64,000 bases of DNA. Origin: Clostridiales bacterium DTU072. GTDB lineage: Bacteria; Bacillota; Clostridia; Christensenellales; DTU072. Shown here piece by piece: positions 43,768 through 53,819 of this stretch (position 1 is its first letter; each line of letters opens with the position of its first letter). Location: positions 2,374 through 66,373 of the forward strand of contig LFSG01000028.1 of assembly GCA_001512685.1 (NCBI GenBank). Direction: 5' to 3'. The notes under the pieces are model-generated. The model did not search any database. It had not been told where the DNA came from and saw nothing but the letters and a program-made list of their open reading frames with translations. Both the position numbers and the translations under genes were made by a program.

Positions 43768-46700
43768 TTAAGCTTTTTTCTTAATTACTGCTATGCCGAT
43801 AAGTATTACAACAACCGCGCCGGCTATAGCCAGATATACCCAAATACTGTCCATGCTCTTTTTCCCCTCTACCAATACGCTGAAATACCCCAATTCATTT
43901 ACTTCAAAGCTGATATAATTGCCGTCGATTTGCGACACTTCAAATACCTCGACTTCGCCGTTCGGTTTAATATGAGCTATTTCATATGATTCGGCTCCTC
44001 TCAAATGCGAGGGCAATAACAATTTAACCGTAATGGTTTCTCCCGGCGATAAAGAGCTGTTATTGAGCGTAATTTCATATATATCGCTGAGAGCGGCATT
44101 CTTATACTTTTGATTTTCCATTTTGTATACTTCAAAGCTGTTGCCGGCTTTGCTGTAATTGCCCGAATATACTACCTTTACGCTCAATGAGGCGTCTGGA
44201 TTAAACGATCCGAGCAATATCAAGCCTTCGCTGTAAGACGTATTTGCTACTAATTGAACGGAATTGATGCTTAACTTCCCTTCCGCGTATGATATGTTAT
44301 AATTTCTGTCAAAAGCCGCGTAAGGCAAAATCCTATATACTCCCACTTCGGAAGGAACGCCGGGCGCGAACGCGTTTTGATTATTGTCGAAATAGCTAAT
44401 TTGGGGAGCTGTATCCAAAGAGTTAATGCTCTCGTTGCTTGCTATACCTTGAAGGGTAAATGTGAAATAAGGCGTTTCCCCTTTGTTTACCACAATATCG
44501 TCGCACTTAATAATTAAGTCTCTCGGCTTTATCTCAAATGAAGCGCTAAGCGTATCCCCGATTAATGTATAGTTTTTATTCGGCGCTACCGCATAAGCTA
44601 TGTATTTGCCGCAATCTTTGGGGGCGATGGAAGGAATAACATCGCCGTCTTCGTTCACATTAATATATATTTCATCGTTTTCTTCGGTAACAAGCGCATA
44701 TTTAATCAAAGCGTACTGGCTCTGCCCTTCTACGTTATAAAAATACGCTTGGCTATGTTTCATTGCGCCGTCATAGATATAAGAGCCCGTATATTGGAAG
44801 GTTACGGTAACTTCGGTTGGCTTAATATGCAGCATTTCTTCGCCTTGATTTGACAAATAATTTATGGTGGTCTCATAATAAGCCCTTGCCGTATAGCTTC
44901 CTGCGTCGGCTTTAGTGATATCCGCGACTTCGTTGCCGTTTTCGTCATAATATCGCACGTATACGCTCGCTCTGTAATTTTCCACGCCCCTTGCCCAAGC
45001 GCTGAGGCCGCTTACTCTACCGTATACCTGCTGAGTATCTCCGCCGAATTCAATTTTTACGCGCTCTTTATTGATAACCATGGTGGCTTCCACTTTCTTG
45101 CTGACATAATTGGGATCTGTGGTGGTTACAGTCACGATATATGTGCCCGCTGTTTTGGGGGGATTAACGCTTTCTGTATAAACCGTGTTGCCGCTGCCTT
45201 TATATTTTACTTCATACTCAACGGTATCGCCCTGCAATCCTTCTACTTTGGGAATAATTTCTTTGGGCGTTCCGTCATAAGTATATGTAGCCGGTTGTAT
45301 GGTAATTTCGGGAGCGCGGGGGGTTATTTTGCCTTCGCATGTAAATTCAATTGTCTTCAGTTCATAATTGCTGTTGTCTATCATTAATTCAATAACTTTT
45401 ACCGCATGGCTTCCCACTGTCTTTTCTGCAAAGTAAGCGGCAAAGCTTCTCAAAATAACCACGTCTTCCGTATCTTTCAAATAATGCTTAATTACGCCGT
45501 AGAAAGCATAGTGCCTGGGGAAAATCCAATCTGTGGCAAGATCGCTGTTGTCATATTCTTTTTCTACGATATTGTTGTTATTGGGCCCTACTGTAATGGG
45601 TTTTTTGTTAATCTTAAGGCTGGCGCGGTAATCCGTATTTATTGTATAATTCTTTGAACCGCCTCCTTCCAGCCCTATTTCATAATTGCCGCAATCTATC
45701 GCGTTTGAAGGAATGACCAGCGTCGGGTGAACGATATCGCTAACCGTATTTTCTCCCGAGATAAGCTCGCAAATTCCTTCCGCGTTAATTCGGTAAACGG
45801 GAGCTTCGTCGGGAATATCTCTGCCCGCAAATCCCGTATATTTCAATTCAAAATAAGGGTAATAATCGCCGTAAGTTATTTCTTCATTGGACAATGTCGC
45901 GACCAATTCCGCTTTGGTAATCGTATATTGATACTCCAGCGGGTTTTCCTGCGAGCCTACGGCGGTGAAGTTTAAGCCTTCGGTTGCCCATATAGCAAAA
46001 ATGTATATGCCCGCGTCCACGCATTCGGTAACGCTTGTATCTCTTTCAAATTGCCCTGTCTGCGGATTATAGACAAGCTTTGCCTTAAGCGTTATGGTAA
46101 AATGCATGGGGTCATGATTCAGCGAAAAAGCGAACGGCAGCGCTTCCTCCCCTTCTTCAGGCGCGCGGTCGGCTCGGAAAGTGCTTATATATCGGTGATC
46201 GCTGCCCGTATATACTTGAGAAGTATATTCTTCGTTTACCCATATCTCTCCTTGTTTTTTGTATACATAAAATGATGAGCTTCTGTATACAAAAGTATAG
46301 TTATCGCATCCGCCTTGTGCGGGGATAATGGAATACGGGGTGGCGGGACGCGCGTTTAAGTATCTGTCATTAAGTTCATTCCACAAAATTATTGCCGGCT
46401 CAAATCCCGCGGGCGGATTTTCGCCAAAAGGATCTTCTCCGTTCACCCAACCTGTATAATAGACTTCATAATTTTCTTTAATTATTTCGTCGCCGTAAGT
46501 TTTTTCTAAAGGATATCTTGTCAGGCCCGGATATAAATGCAGGTCCTCGGGTCTTATCAGAGCGCCTCTTATACTAACTTCCACAGGCGCTTTTTTGATT
46601 GTATATTTTCGTTGAATCCATTCCGAATCATCATAATTCAATGTATTCTCTCCGCTGGCCTTTATTCTGAAAAGATATATGCCCGCGTCAATGGCGAAAT

Positions 46701-49700
46701 CCACCTTCAAATCGTACGGCAAAGGTATTATCTCTTGGGTGTAGGGATTTTTGAATATTATCTCTTCGTTGTTTTCGTCATAGTATTTTTCAATGGGATT
46801 GCCGTTTTCATCCAATTGATACCGATATATCTCCACAATTATGTCTTCAAAAGGCACATGCGGAACAACGGTATATACCACGCCGAGATCGCCTGGCTGC
46901 ATATTGTCAATATCCAGAACTTCGTATGGCAATCCTCGATAAAGCCAGTTTTCCGAACCCTCTTCTCCTTCAAAGTTCAAAATTACTTTGCCTTTGACCA
47001 CTTGAACATACAAATAAAATTCATTATTTTCGGGTAAAATATAATTTATTATCCTGCCGTCTTCATATGCGAACCTTAGGGTGATTCTGTAATACCCCGC
47101 GTTTATAATCTCGGTATTCATGTCTTTTGTGAATTTTCTGTTGCTGAAAATGATTTGAAATTCGCTGAAAGTCTCATTGCTTATTTCAACCGTAACCCAA
47201 ACATCCGCTTCTTCGTTATTTGTTATGAAATTATCGTCTGAGTCGTCGGAGGGCAAACCGTTGATTTGAAAATGGTCTCCGTTATACGCATGCTCAATCA
47301 CGCCCTCTGTAACCGTTACTTCGGTTTGGGCGGGCTCAATAATAAATTTTACGTATTTTTCGGTAGGATTCAAATAATTTATGGCGTTCGCGGACAATTT
47401 GAGTATATATTGCCCCACATTTTTGGCTACAATATAAGAAGAAGAAGGACTGCAATCCCTTATGTCGCCGCTTAAGCTTTCCTCATAAGGAACCCATTCG
47501 CCGTTATGGAAAACTATTTTGGGATAAAATATATCGACAGTATTGCCTTCTTCGTCTACTAAGGTTTTGAAATGCAGGGAAAAATCGTAACTGCTGTCCA
47601 AAGGAGCGTATCCGACCACGACAATATCTACCTTTGAAGTATCGTCCGCCGTGTAAATGTAAGCGGCAAGAGGGTCGTATTCGCCATCCACATATTCGTT
47701 TACCGTTTGGGCCATCACATCGGGAGTATAGGTTGAATACACTTCGTCGTCGATAATGATAATCTCGGCTTTGGTCTTGTTTATATGAAGCTCCGCTCCC
47801 AAATAAACAAAGGAATAATTGTGCGCCTTGCCGCCTTTGGGCCATATGTAATATACGCCGGGCGGAGACAATTCGTTTACGTTATCGTATTCGTAATCTA
47901 TGGAACAATGCTCAAATGTTCCCAATGAGCCTATTTTATCGGGAGCTTCCCCGTTAACAAAGCCAAGATATATGATGGTGCTTAAATACTCGCGATACTG
48001 GGTTTCATCCTCATTTATCCGCCAACCCCAAGTGGTGGGGTCTTTTGTGTCGTGTTTATATAAAATTACGCTGTCATCAGGATTGGGATCGCCGTAATTT
48101 TTTTGGGAATTGCTTAAAACCACCGTTAATGTCATTTTATTAATAGTCAAAAACACCCTTACTTTTTCCGAAGCGTTAAATGTGGTGGTTTCGGGCAGCC
48201 AAACATCCGTTTCGTATACTCCCGCATGCTTTATTAATCTGATTTGCTCCTCATAATCGTATTCCGAAATCGGCCTTAAAACTTCGCCTATGGGGGCGTA
48301 ATTTACTATCTCTATATTAATGCCCTTTCCGCCGTATCCTATAATTTCATACGCTTCTTCATGGCTAAGCAAGTTCACTTTAATGAATTCATAGAATTCA
48401 TCATAATTCTCAAGGTCTTCAAGCATATTTGAATGACGCTTTCCGTTATATACCGCAGATTGATCAATATTAACGCTCCATTCGGGAGTTTTTTTGGTAA
48501 CTTGAAGGAATGCCTTGTTGTCAACAAGTTTGGGCGTAAACTTGTAATTATAAGAATAAAACTCTTTCAGCTTAATCGGCACTCCGGGATATCCTGTAGG
48601 AGGAGTATCGGCATTCAAGACGGCGTTGGGAGGGCCGTCCACAATTGTAACCTGACCGGTAACAGGATCATACCGCGACACCTCAATACTCTTCAATTCG
48701 CCATTTTCATAATGTGCTATGCAATGAAATGACCAATCAATGATATTATTCATATCCCAGCTGAAACCTGCGGGTATATTATCGGTATCGGTGGAAAAAG
48801 GATCGTCATTGTAAATAAAATAGTTTTGTCTTTTGGGCACTTTTACGACAGGCTGTATTATTCTTTTTTCGTATACGATGTTGCCGTAAAAATCCAATTC
48901 ATAAAACGGAATTCCCTCAACATAATAGACAACGGGCTCATATACATACGCGTCTTCATAAACGATTTCGCCTTCGTCGTCATAAACATAGTCGCCAAAG
49001 ATAAGGTCGGTAATGGTGGGCAATTCTTCCCCGAACGGTTTTTCGTAAATAAGTATCTTTTGGTCGGGGAAAAGTATGGGATGATAAATAGGCCTGTCAA
49101 CGGCATTGCTCATATCAAAGGAAAACGGAATCTCTTTCCGCGTTATTTCGCCGCTCATTGTTACCTCGGGAGGCATTAAATACCGCACTCTCATTTCATT
49201 AATAAGATTGGGTTGCCCCAAGGCTTCCCCCGCTTCGGTAAGCTGCAATACAAAGCTTACGGTAATAGTTCTGTTGACGCCTGCGTATGAGGAATCAAAG
49301 ACGGGCTTAATTCTGGCCTGCACATACAGACCGTCGTCGCCCACCCATTGATCGTCAAAGCTATAATCGGAAAACCCGGTTTCAACGCGTCCGTCATATT
49401 CCTTAACCGTTTGAATGACCAAACCTTCGGGATAAACCAATTGCTTAGGCTCAATTACCAGAGCGCGCGCCGTATAAAGCACAATAATATTGTCACATAA
49501 AAACGGAGATTGCGGAGCTGGTTTGGGAACGCGGGCCCCGTCGTAATATACTTCGATATAAAAATAGTAATTGCCTATGGGCGGCTGATTGTAGGTATAT
49601 TCAACCAGCAATAGCTCTTCATTGTCGCTGTTCAAACCTCTGAACGCGATGTCGTTAACGCCGTCCATGCCTTCTATGTAGAGTCTTCCGATTTTTACTA

Positions 49701-51294
49701 TTATTGAGATGTTGGACGGATTGGCTTGAGAGGGATCGTTTATTAAAACAATCTCTTTTCCCATCAAATTTCCGGAATAATAAACTCCGGTGTAGCCTGT
49801 GGCGGGATTCTGCTGCGGCTGAAGAAGCTGATATTGCAAAGACGAAAGCATAAACCCATACTGCTCGTATTTGGGGTCTATGTTTATCTGCGCTTGGCCG
49901 GGAAGAATGGCGCACTCTTCTTCCACAAATTCGCCGTAAAGAGCGTTATGATTTATTTCGCCGTCTGTATAAATGCAATAGTTATCCAAAACAGGGTGCG
50001 CTCTATTGAAAGCATAATACAGCCTTATATTCTTGTCGTATATGATATTGCCGTCCTCGTCGTAAAGGCTGATTGAGTTTGTAGGTATTTCATTGCCGTA
50101 TTGGTCATATGTAAAATAGTAAGAGTCTAATATCTGACCTCCCGCATTTATACCGGAAAAAATCAATAAAGGCGTAGACTGAAGGCTGTCTTTAATTGAG
50201 TTAAAGTCATTTTGCAAAAAGCCGCTGTTTTCGACCAATTCTCCGTCTAACCATATTTTTGTTACATCCAGCAAATAATCATAAGCGCTGCTGTCGCTGC
50301 CGTCGACGTATATTTCCCCAAAAGCGTATATGGTGCCGTCATATTGTTTGGATTTTCTCGCTATTACGGCGCCTATGGGATTATTGTTTTGGTCCAGCTC
50401 GAAACGGGATAACCTTAACGGTCTTTTCTTTATGGAAAAAATCCCCTTATTTGTAAAATATGAATCAGACGAAGCTTCTCCCTCAGGCACATAGCCATAA
50501 TCAAAATAATCAAGCGGAATATAAGATCCCCCCGCTATCTTTCCTACTCCCAATTCAAAAGGATAAGAGTCAACTACCATAACTTCGGTTACATAATCTT
50601 CAAACATCAAATAAGTATAGTATTGAATGTCTTGCCTCATTCCTTTTGATTCTGTGGTATCCAATATATAAAAGCTGTTGATAAAAGCATGTGAATCTTG
50701 TGACGGATTATTGGGAACGCCGAAAAAGTCAATATAATCATTTCCGTCATAAATTACATACGGACTTATGTTCTCGTCTACTTTTTGGTAACGGATATAT
50801 CCTCGTAAAGTTATTTCTGATTGAAATGTATAAGTTACGCTTTTATATTCGGCTGTAACTGTTACATTATAATACCCCGCTATTTTGGGATAATTGTTAT
50901 TTGTCCAATTTATACTGCCATAATTGTAACTGCCTGAATAAATTATTGAGGCATCTTCCTTGTTTGTGAATGTCCAATTGTATACATTCATTTCCACGGT
51001 AATTGCCTCGCCGATGCTGGATGTCTCAACATAATTCACATCGCTGAAAGGTTGGAAATTCGCATGGCTCCATATGACATTCCACTCGACGCCTCCCCCC
51101 GCTTCCTTTATAAGCTTATAATAGGGAAAGTAGTAAGGCATATTTACTTCCAATCCTTTTTCGTCGGCGGCATAGACATATGAATTATCGGATGATTGAT
51201 ACAGCGTTATAAATGAAACAGCCATGACAAAAAATATCAGCGCCGCAACAAAGATTGAAAACCTCACCAATGATCCATACTTGCCGTTAATCAT
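43768..51294 (-). CDS. giant type-I membrane-anchored surface protein (about 2508 aa), paralogous in its C-terminal third to the downstream 3191-aa protein
   Basis: The track ORF runs to 51327 from a TTG. The ATG at 51292-51294 (MINGKYGSLVRF...) lies 7 nt after a GGAGG. The N-terminus has a TM segment, and MBG-like modules are present (K.YGD.P.F...Y.GF..GE, TYTYDGTPK, YIYDGAMK). The C-terminus is a TM helix plus KKKA. The stop lies 5 nt before the next gene's ORF. Confidence 0.8.
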   Translation of the reverse strand: MINGKYGSLVRFSIFVAALIFFVMAVSFITLYQSSDNSYVYAADEKGLEVNMPYYFPYYKLIKEAGGGVEWNVIWSHANFQPFSDVNYVETSSIGEAITVEMNVYNWTFTNKEDASIIYSGSYNYGSINWTNNNYPKIAGYYNVTVTAEYKSVTYTFQSEITLRGYIRYQKVDENISPYVIYDGNDYIDFFGVPNNPSQDSHAFINSFYILDTTESKGMRQDIQYYTYLMFEDYVTEVMVVDSYPFELGVGKIAGGSYIPLDYFDYGYVPEGEASSDSYFTNKGIFSIKKRPLRLSRFELDQNNNPIGAVIARKSKQYDGTIYAFGEIYVDGSDSSAYDYLLDVTKIWLDGELVENSGFLQNDFNSIKDSLQSTPLLIFSGINAGGQILDSYYFTYDQYGNEIPTNSISLYDEDGNIIYDKNIRLYYAFNRAHPVLDNYCIYTDGEINHNALYGEFVEEECAILPGQAQINIDPKYEQYGFMLSSLQYQLLQPQQNPATGYTGVYYSGNLMGKEIVLINDPSQANPSNISIIVKIGRLYIEGMDGVNDIAFRGLNSDNEELLLVEYTYNQPPIGNYYFYIEVYYDGARVPKPAPQSPFLCDNIIVLYTARALVIEPKQLVYPEGLVIQTVKEYDGRVETGFSDYSFDDQWVGDDGLYVQARIKPVFDSSYAGVNRTITVSFVLQLTEAGEALGQPNLINEMRVRYLMPPEVTMSGEITRKEIPFSFDMSNAVDRPIYHPILFPDQKILIYEKPFGEELPTITDLIFGDYVYDDEGEIVYEDAYVYEPVVYYVEGIPFYELDFYGNIVYEKRIIQPVVKVPKRQNYFIYNDDPFSTDTDNIPAGFSWDMNNIIDWSFHCIAHYENGELKSIEVSRYDPVTGQVTIVDGPPNAVLNADTPPTGYPGVPIKLKEFYSYNYKFTPKLVDNKAFLQVTKKTPEWSVNIDQSAVYNGKRHSNMLEDLENYDEFYEFIKVNLLSHEEAYEIIGYGGKGINIEIVNYAPIGEVLRPISEYDYEEQIRLIKHAGVYETDVWLPETTTFNASEKVRVFLTINKMTLTVVLSNSQKNYGDPNPDDSVILYKHDTKDPTTWGWRINEDETQYREYLSTIIYLGFVNGEAPDKIGSLGTFEHCSIDYEYDNVNELSPPGVYYIWPKGGKAHNYSFVYLGAELHINKTKAEIIIIDDEVYSTYTPDVMAQTVNEYVDGEYDPLAAYIYTADDTSKVDIVVVGYAPLDSSYDFSLHFKTLVDEEGNTVDIFYPKIVFHNGEWVPYEESLSGDIRDCSPSSSYIVAKNVGQYILKLSANAINYLNPTEKYVKFIIEPAQTEVTVTEGVIEHAYNGDHFQINGLPSDDSDDNFITNNEEADVWVTVEISNETFSEFQIIFSNRKFTKDMNTEIINAGYYRITLRFAYEDGRIINYILPENNEFYLYVQVVKGKVILNFEGEEGSENWLYRGLPYEVLDIDNMQPGDLGVVYTVVPHVPFEDIIVEIYRYQLDENGNPIEKYYDENNEEIIFKNPYTQEIIPLPYDLKVDFAIDAGIYLFRIKASGENTLNYDDSEWIQRKYTIKKAPVEVSIRGALIRPEDLHLYPGLTRYPLEKTYGDEIIKENYEVYYTGWVNGEDPFGENPPAGFEPAIILWNELNDRYLNARPATPYSIIPAQGGCDNYTFVYRSSSFYVYKKQGEIWVNEEYTSQVYTGSDHRYISTFRADRAPEEGEEALPFAFSLNHDPMHFTITLKAKLVYNPQTGQFERDTSVTECVDAGIYIFAIWATEGLNFTAVGSQENPLEYQYTITKAELVATLSNEEITYGDYYPYFELKYTGFAGRDIPDEAPVYRINAEGICELISGENTVSDIVHPTLVIPSNAIDCGNYEIGLEGGGSKNYTINTDYRASLKINKKPITVGPNNNNIVEKEYDNSDLATDWIFPRHYAFYGVIKHYLKDTEDVVILRSFAAYFAEKTVGSHAVKVIELMIDNSNYELKTIEFTCEGKITPRAPEITIQPATYTYDGTPKEIIPKVEGLQGDTVEYEVKYKGSGNTVYTESVNPPKTAGTYIVTVTTTDPNYVSKKVEATMVINKERVKIEFGGDTQQVYGRVSGLSAWARGVENYRASVYVRYYDENGNEVADITKADAGSYTARAYYETTINYLSNQGEEMLHIKPTEVTVTFQYTGSYIYDGAMKHSQAYFYNVEGQSQYALIKYALVTEENDEIYINVNEDGDVIPSIAPKDCGKYIAYAVAPNKNYTLIGDTLSASFEIKPRDLIIKCDDIVVNKGETPYFTFTLQGIASNESINSLDTAPQISYFDNNQNAFAPGVPSEVGVYRILPYAAFDRNYNISYAEGKLSINSVQLVANTSYSEGLILLGSFNPDASLSVKVVYSGNYSKAGNSFEVYKMENQKYKNAALSDIYEITLNNSSLSPGETITVKLLLPSHLRGAESYEIAHIKPNGEVEVFEVSQIDGNYISFEVNELGYFSVLVEGKKSMDSIWVYLAIAGAVVVILIGIAVIKKKA

Positions 51295-51353
51295 AACCAT
51301 GCCTCCGTAACCTCCGCTGTCGAACAAGCTAAAGGCTATGCCATTACATATAT

Positions 51354-51382
51354 ATTATAGATATTAAAAAGACGATTGTCAA
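51354..51382 (-). promoter_or_regulatory. perfect consensus sigma-A promoter of the two-gene giant-protein operon
   Basis: The minus strand has TTGACA (51377-51382), a 17-nt spacer and TATAAT (51354-51359), followed by ATATATGTA. This leaves a 5' UTR of about 50 nt. Confidence 0.7.
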
Positions 51383-51448
51383 TATCACATATAAATAAAT
51401 AATTGTAAATATAATAAAAAATCAATGGACAAGTATTTCACGCCACAA

Positions 51449-52468
51449 TTATTTCTTGTTCTTCTTTTTCTTTTTTTGTCCTTTATTTATTTGTGATTCA
51501 TATACCGGAGTAATAATCTTATCCGCATAATATTGAACAAAATTTGACCACATTAAAGAATAAAACCCTCCGCCGAATATGAGCAGAGCGGCAATCAATA
51601 TTAACTGTATAAAACCGCTTGATACGCTGACCAAAACAAAAGGCAGCAAAGAAACGGCAGTAATAAAAAATACGGGCAAAGGCGTTGAAATAATTAAAAT
51701 TACAGAATTTTTAAGCTTTGCCGCAAGCGGTATTTCATACATTTTAAGCATAGGCAGCATAAAAACAAGCATTGCGGCCGCAAACAGCGCGAATATTAAC
51801 GCGACTATGAGCAATATCCATAGCCCCGCCCCCGCCGTATTTTGCCAAAGGTTTTGAATGAAGAATATGACTGAGCAGGAAACAGCGGCAAAAATTAAAG
51901 CAAATATAAGGAAAATCAATACAAATTGCAAGGCGTATTTTTTTACGCCGATAAAGAATTCCACGCTTATTCTGGGAACATTATTGCCGTAACTGTCTTT
52001 TTTTGTAATAAACTTATCCTGCCACACAAGTTTCATGGCAACGTGAAACAGCCCCGAAGCGCCGATTGCCAATATCGGCAATGTGGCGGCGATAAGGAGA
52101 TAGTGTAATCTGTGAACGTTGAGTATGGCTATTTGCGCTTCGGTAATGGACTGCTGTGAGCTTAACCCTATTCCTATATTCCCCATAAAATAAGGTTTTT
52201 CGGTGATTTTAGCTAACAAATAAGATATGTTTTCCATTCCGCCAAACACTCCCGGAAGTATCAGAACCACCAAAAGCGGCAAACAAAATATCAAAAAGAA
52301 TAAATTGGCCACCATTAATTCGTTGTTTTTTTGTTTGAATAACGAAAAGAAATATCTGAATCTTCCTTCAATGACAGGTCTTGGCGCGTCCGCGCTTCTG
52401 TTTTCGGGAGCAAAGGTTAATTTGCTCAATAAAGAAATTCTTTTCTTGCCCTTTTCGTTAGCCATCAA
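51449..52468 (-). CDS. multi-pass membrane protein, DUF624/YesL-like (tentative), with a poly-Lys C-terminal tail
   Basis: 339 aa with about 6 hydrophobic helices. The N-terminal segment FRYFFSLFKQKNNELMVANLFFLIFCLPLLVV resembles YesL-family proteins, judged from memory. The C-terminus is GQKKKKKNKK. Confidence 0.4.
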   Translation of the reverse strand: MMANEKGKKRISLLSKLTFAPENRSADAPRPVIEGRFRYFFSLFKQKNNELMVANLFFLIFCLPLLVVLILPGVFGGMENISYLLAKITEKPYFMGNIGIGLSSQQSITEAQIAILNVHRLHYLLIAATLPILAIGASGLFHVAMKLVWQDKFITKKDSYGNNVPRISVEFFIGVKKYALQFVLIFLIFALIFAAVSCSVIFFIQNLWQNTAGAGLWILLIVALIFALFAAAMLVFMLPMLKMYEIPLAAKLKNSVILIISTPLPVFFITAVSLLPFVLVSVSSGFIQLILIAALLIFGGGFYSLMWSNFVQYYADKIITPVYESQINKGQKKKKKNKK

Positions 52469-52586
52469 TTACCTCGTAACCGCAATGATAATTTATGTTA
52501 CAATAATTTTGCCGTAAAAGCAAACGATATAAAGAATTATTCCCATATGCCGACAAATTTTGATCAAAGAGTTTAGATTTTCATTA

Positions 52587-53144
52587 TTAAATAATCCAAT
52601 ACAAAAGCAATCCCGCCCCTCCGCAGCCCAGCATAATCCAAATGGGATTGAGCTTGAACGCTCTGAGCGCAATCAACGAAACCGCGAATAAACCTATAGC
52701 CACATAATCGATATTATCAATGCTCGCTATCTGCCCGCCCAAAAAAGCCAGCTTTATTATGGTTGCGGCGGCAACGGCTATAAGCCCTAAGGTTACGGGG
52801 CGAATTGTTTTTAGCGTCGTTTTAATAACCGACAATTCTTTATATTTGCCGTATAATAAGCTTAATATTAAAACAATTGTCAAAGAAGGCAACACAAAGC
52901 CAATGGTGCTTATCAGTCCGCCCAAAATGCCCGCCGTTTTTACGCCCACAAAAGTCGCCGCGTTGATGGCTATGGGACCAGGAGTGGATTCGGCTATGGC
53001 TATGATATCCATAAATTCGGCAAGCGAAATATACCCGTTGATGTCCACGATACGGTTTTTAATCAGCGGCAGGGCGGCATATCCTCCCCCAATTGTAAAC
53101 AATCCTATTTGAATAAATTCCCACAATAAATTCAGATATATCAT
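52587..53144 (-). CDS. chrA: chromate transporter (CHR) family, short-chain subunit
   Basis: 185 aa. Motifs FTIGGGYAALPLI and ESTPGPIAINAATFVG are typical of the CHR family. It overlaps the upstream CHR gene by 4 nt. Confidence 0.75.
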   Translation of the reverse strand: MIYLNLLWEFIQIGLFTIGGGYAALPLIKNRIVDINGYISLAEFMDIIAIAESTPGPIAINAATFVGVKTAGILGGLISTIGFVLPSLTIVLILSLLYGKYKELSVIKTTLKTIRPVTLGLIAVAAATIIKLAFLGGQIASIDNIDYVAIGLFAVSLIALRAFKLNPIWIMLGCGGAGLLLYWII

Positions 53145-53818
53145 CTCTTGTTCTCCTTATCGGATAATCTCGATATATCCGTTTCATTTTTTTTATCAAT
53201 GGGCAAATCTTGGGCGCCGTTTGAATCTGTACGCTCGGCTTGCCGCTTTTGTTTTTTAGCTTTAACGGCTTTCGCGCAAAAATGATACGCTGTTCCAAGC
53301 GCAATAGCTCCCGCGATAATTAATATCACATTGATTTCCAAAAAATACGACAAACAAAAAGCGGCCGCCATTAGCGCCATGGAAAGAATATCTTTTTTCT
53401 TGACAAACCCCGCAGCCATTTTATAAATTACGTCGACTATAACGGCGGCGATACCCGCTTGCATGCCTTTAAGAAAATAACCCACATATAAATTTTGGCT
53501 GAACGCCGTATAAAAGAAAGTTATGGCGCTTATAATTACCAAAGGCGGCAATATGGCTCCCAAAAGCGTGCATAAAGCGCCCCAAAAGCCCGCTATTCTG
53601 TATCCCACCATTATCGACGCGTTTATGGCTATGGCGCCGGGAGAAGATTGGGAAATAGCCACAATGTCCAGCATTTCGTCTTTGTTTATCCACTTATATT
53701 TTTCTACAAACTTTTTCTGCATAAGGGACACAATGACATAGCCGCCTCCAAAAGTGAAAGCGCTTAATTGCAGCGTTGACAAAAATAACTTGAAATATAA
53801 ATTGGCGTTTTTTTCCAT
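53141..53818 (-). CDS. chrA: chromate transporter (CHR) family, short-chain subunit with a charged C-terminal extension
   Basis: 225 aa with FTFGGGYVIVSLM and SQSSPGAIAINASIMVGY. It ends in a lysine-rich hydrophilic tail of about 45 aa (KAVKAKKQKRQAERTD...DKENKR). Confidence 0.75.
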   Translation of the reverse strand: MEKNANLYFKLFLSTLQLSAFTFGGGYVIVSLMQKKFVEKYKWINKDEMLDIVAISQSSPGAIAINASIMVGYRIAGFWGALCTLLGAILPPLVIISAITFFYTAFSQNLYVGYFLKGMQAGIAAVIVDVIYKMAAGFVKKKDILSMALMAAAFCLSYFLEINVILIIAGAIALGTAYHFCAKAVKAKKQKRQAERTDSNGAQDLPIDKKNETDISRLSDKENKR

Positions 53819-53819
53819 T

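Noticed and set aside
34187-51327. LPXTG or other sortase-type sorting signals in the giant proteins.
   Set aside because: The only LPxT-like strings (for example LPKTA in the 3191-aa protein) are internal and far from the C-terminus. The C-termini are a plain TM helix plus a basic tail.
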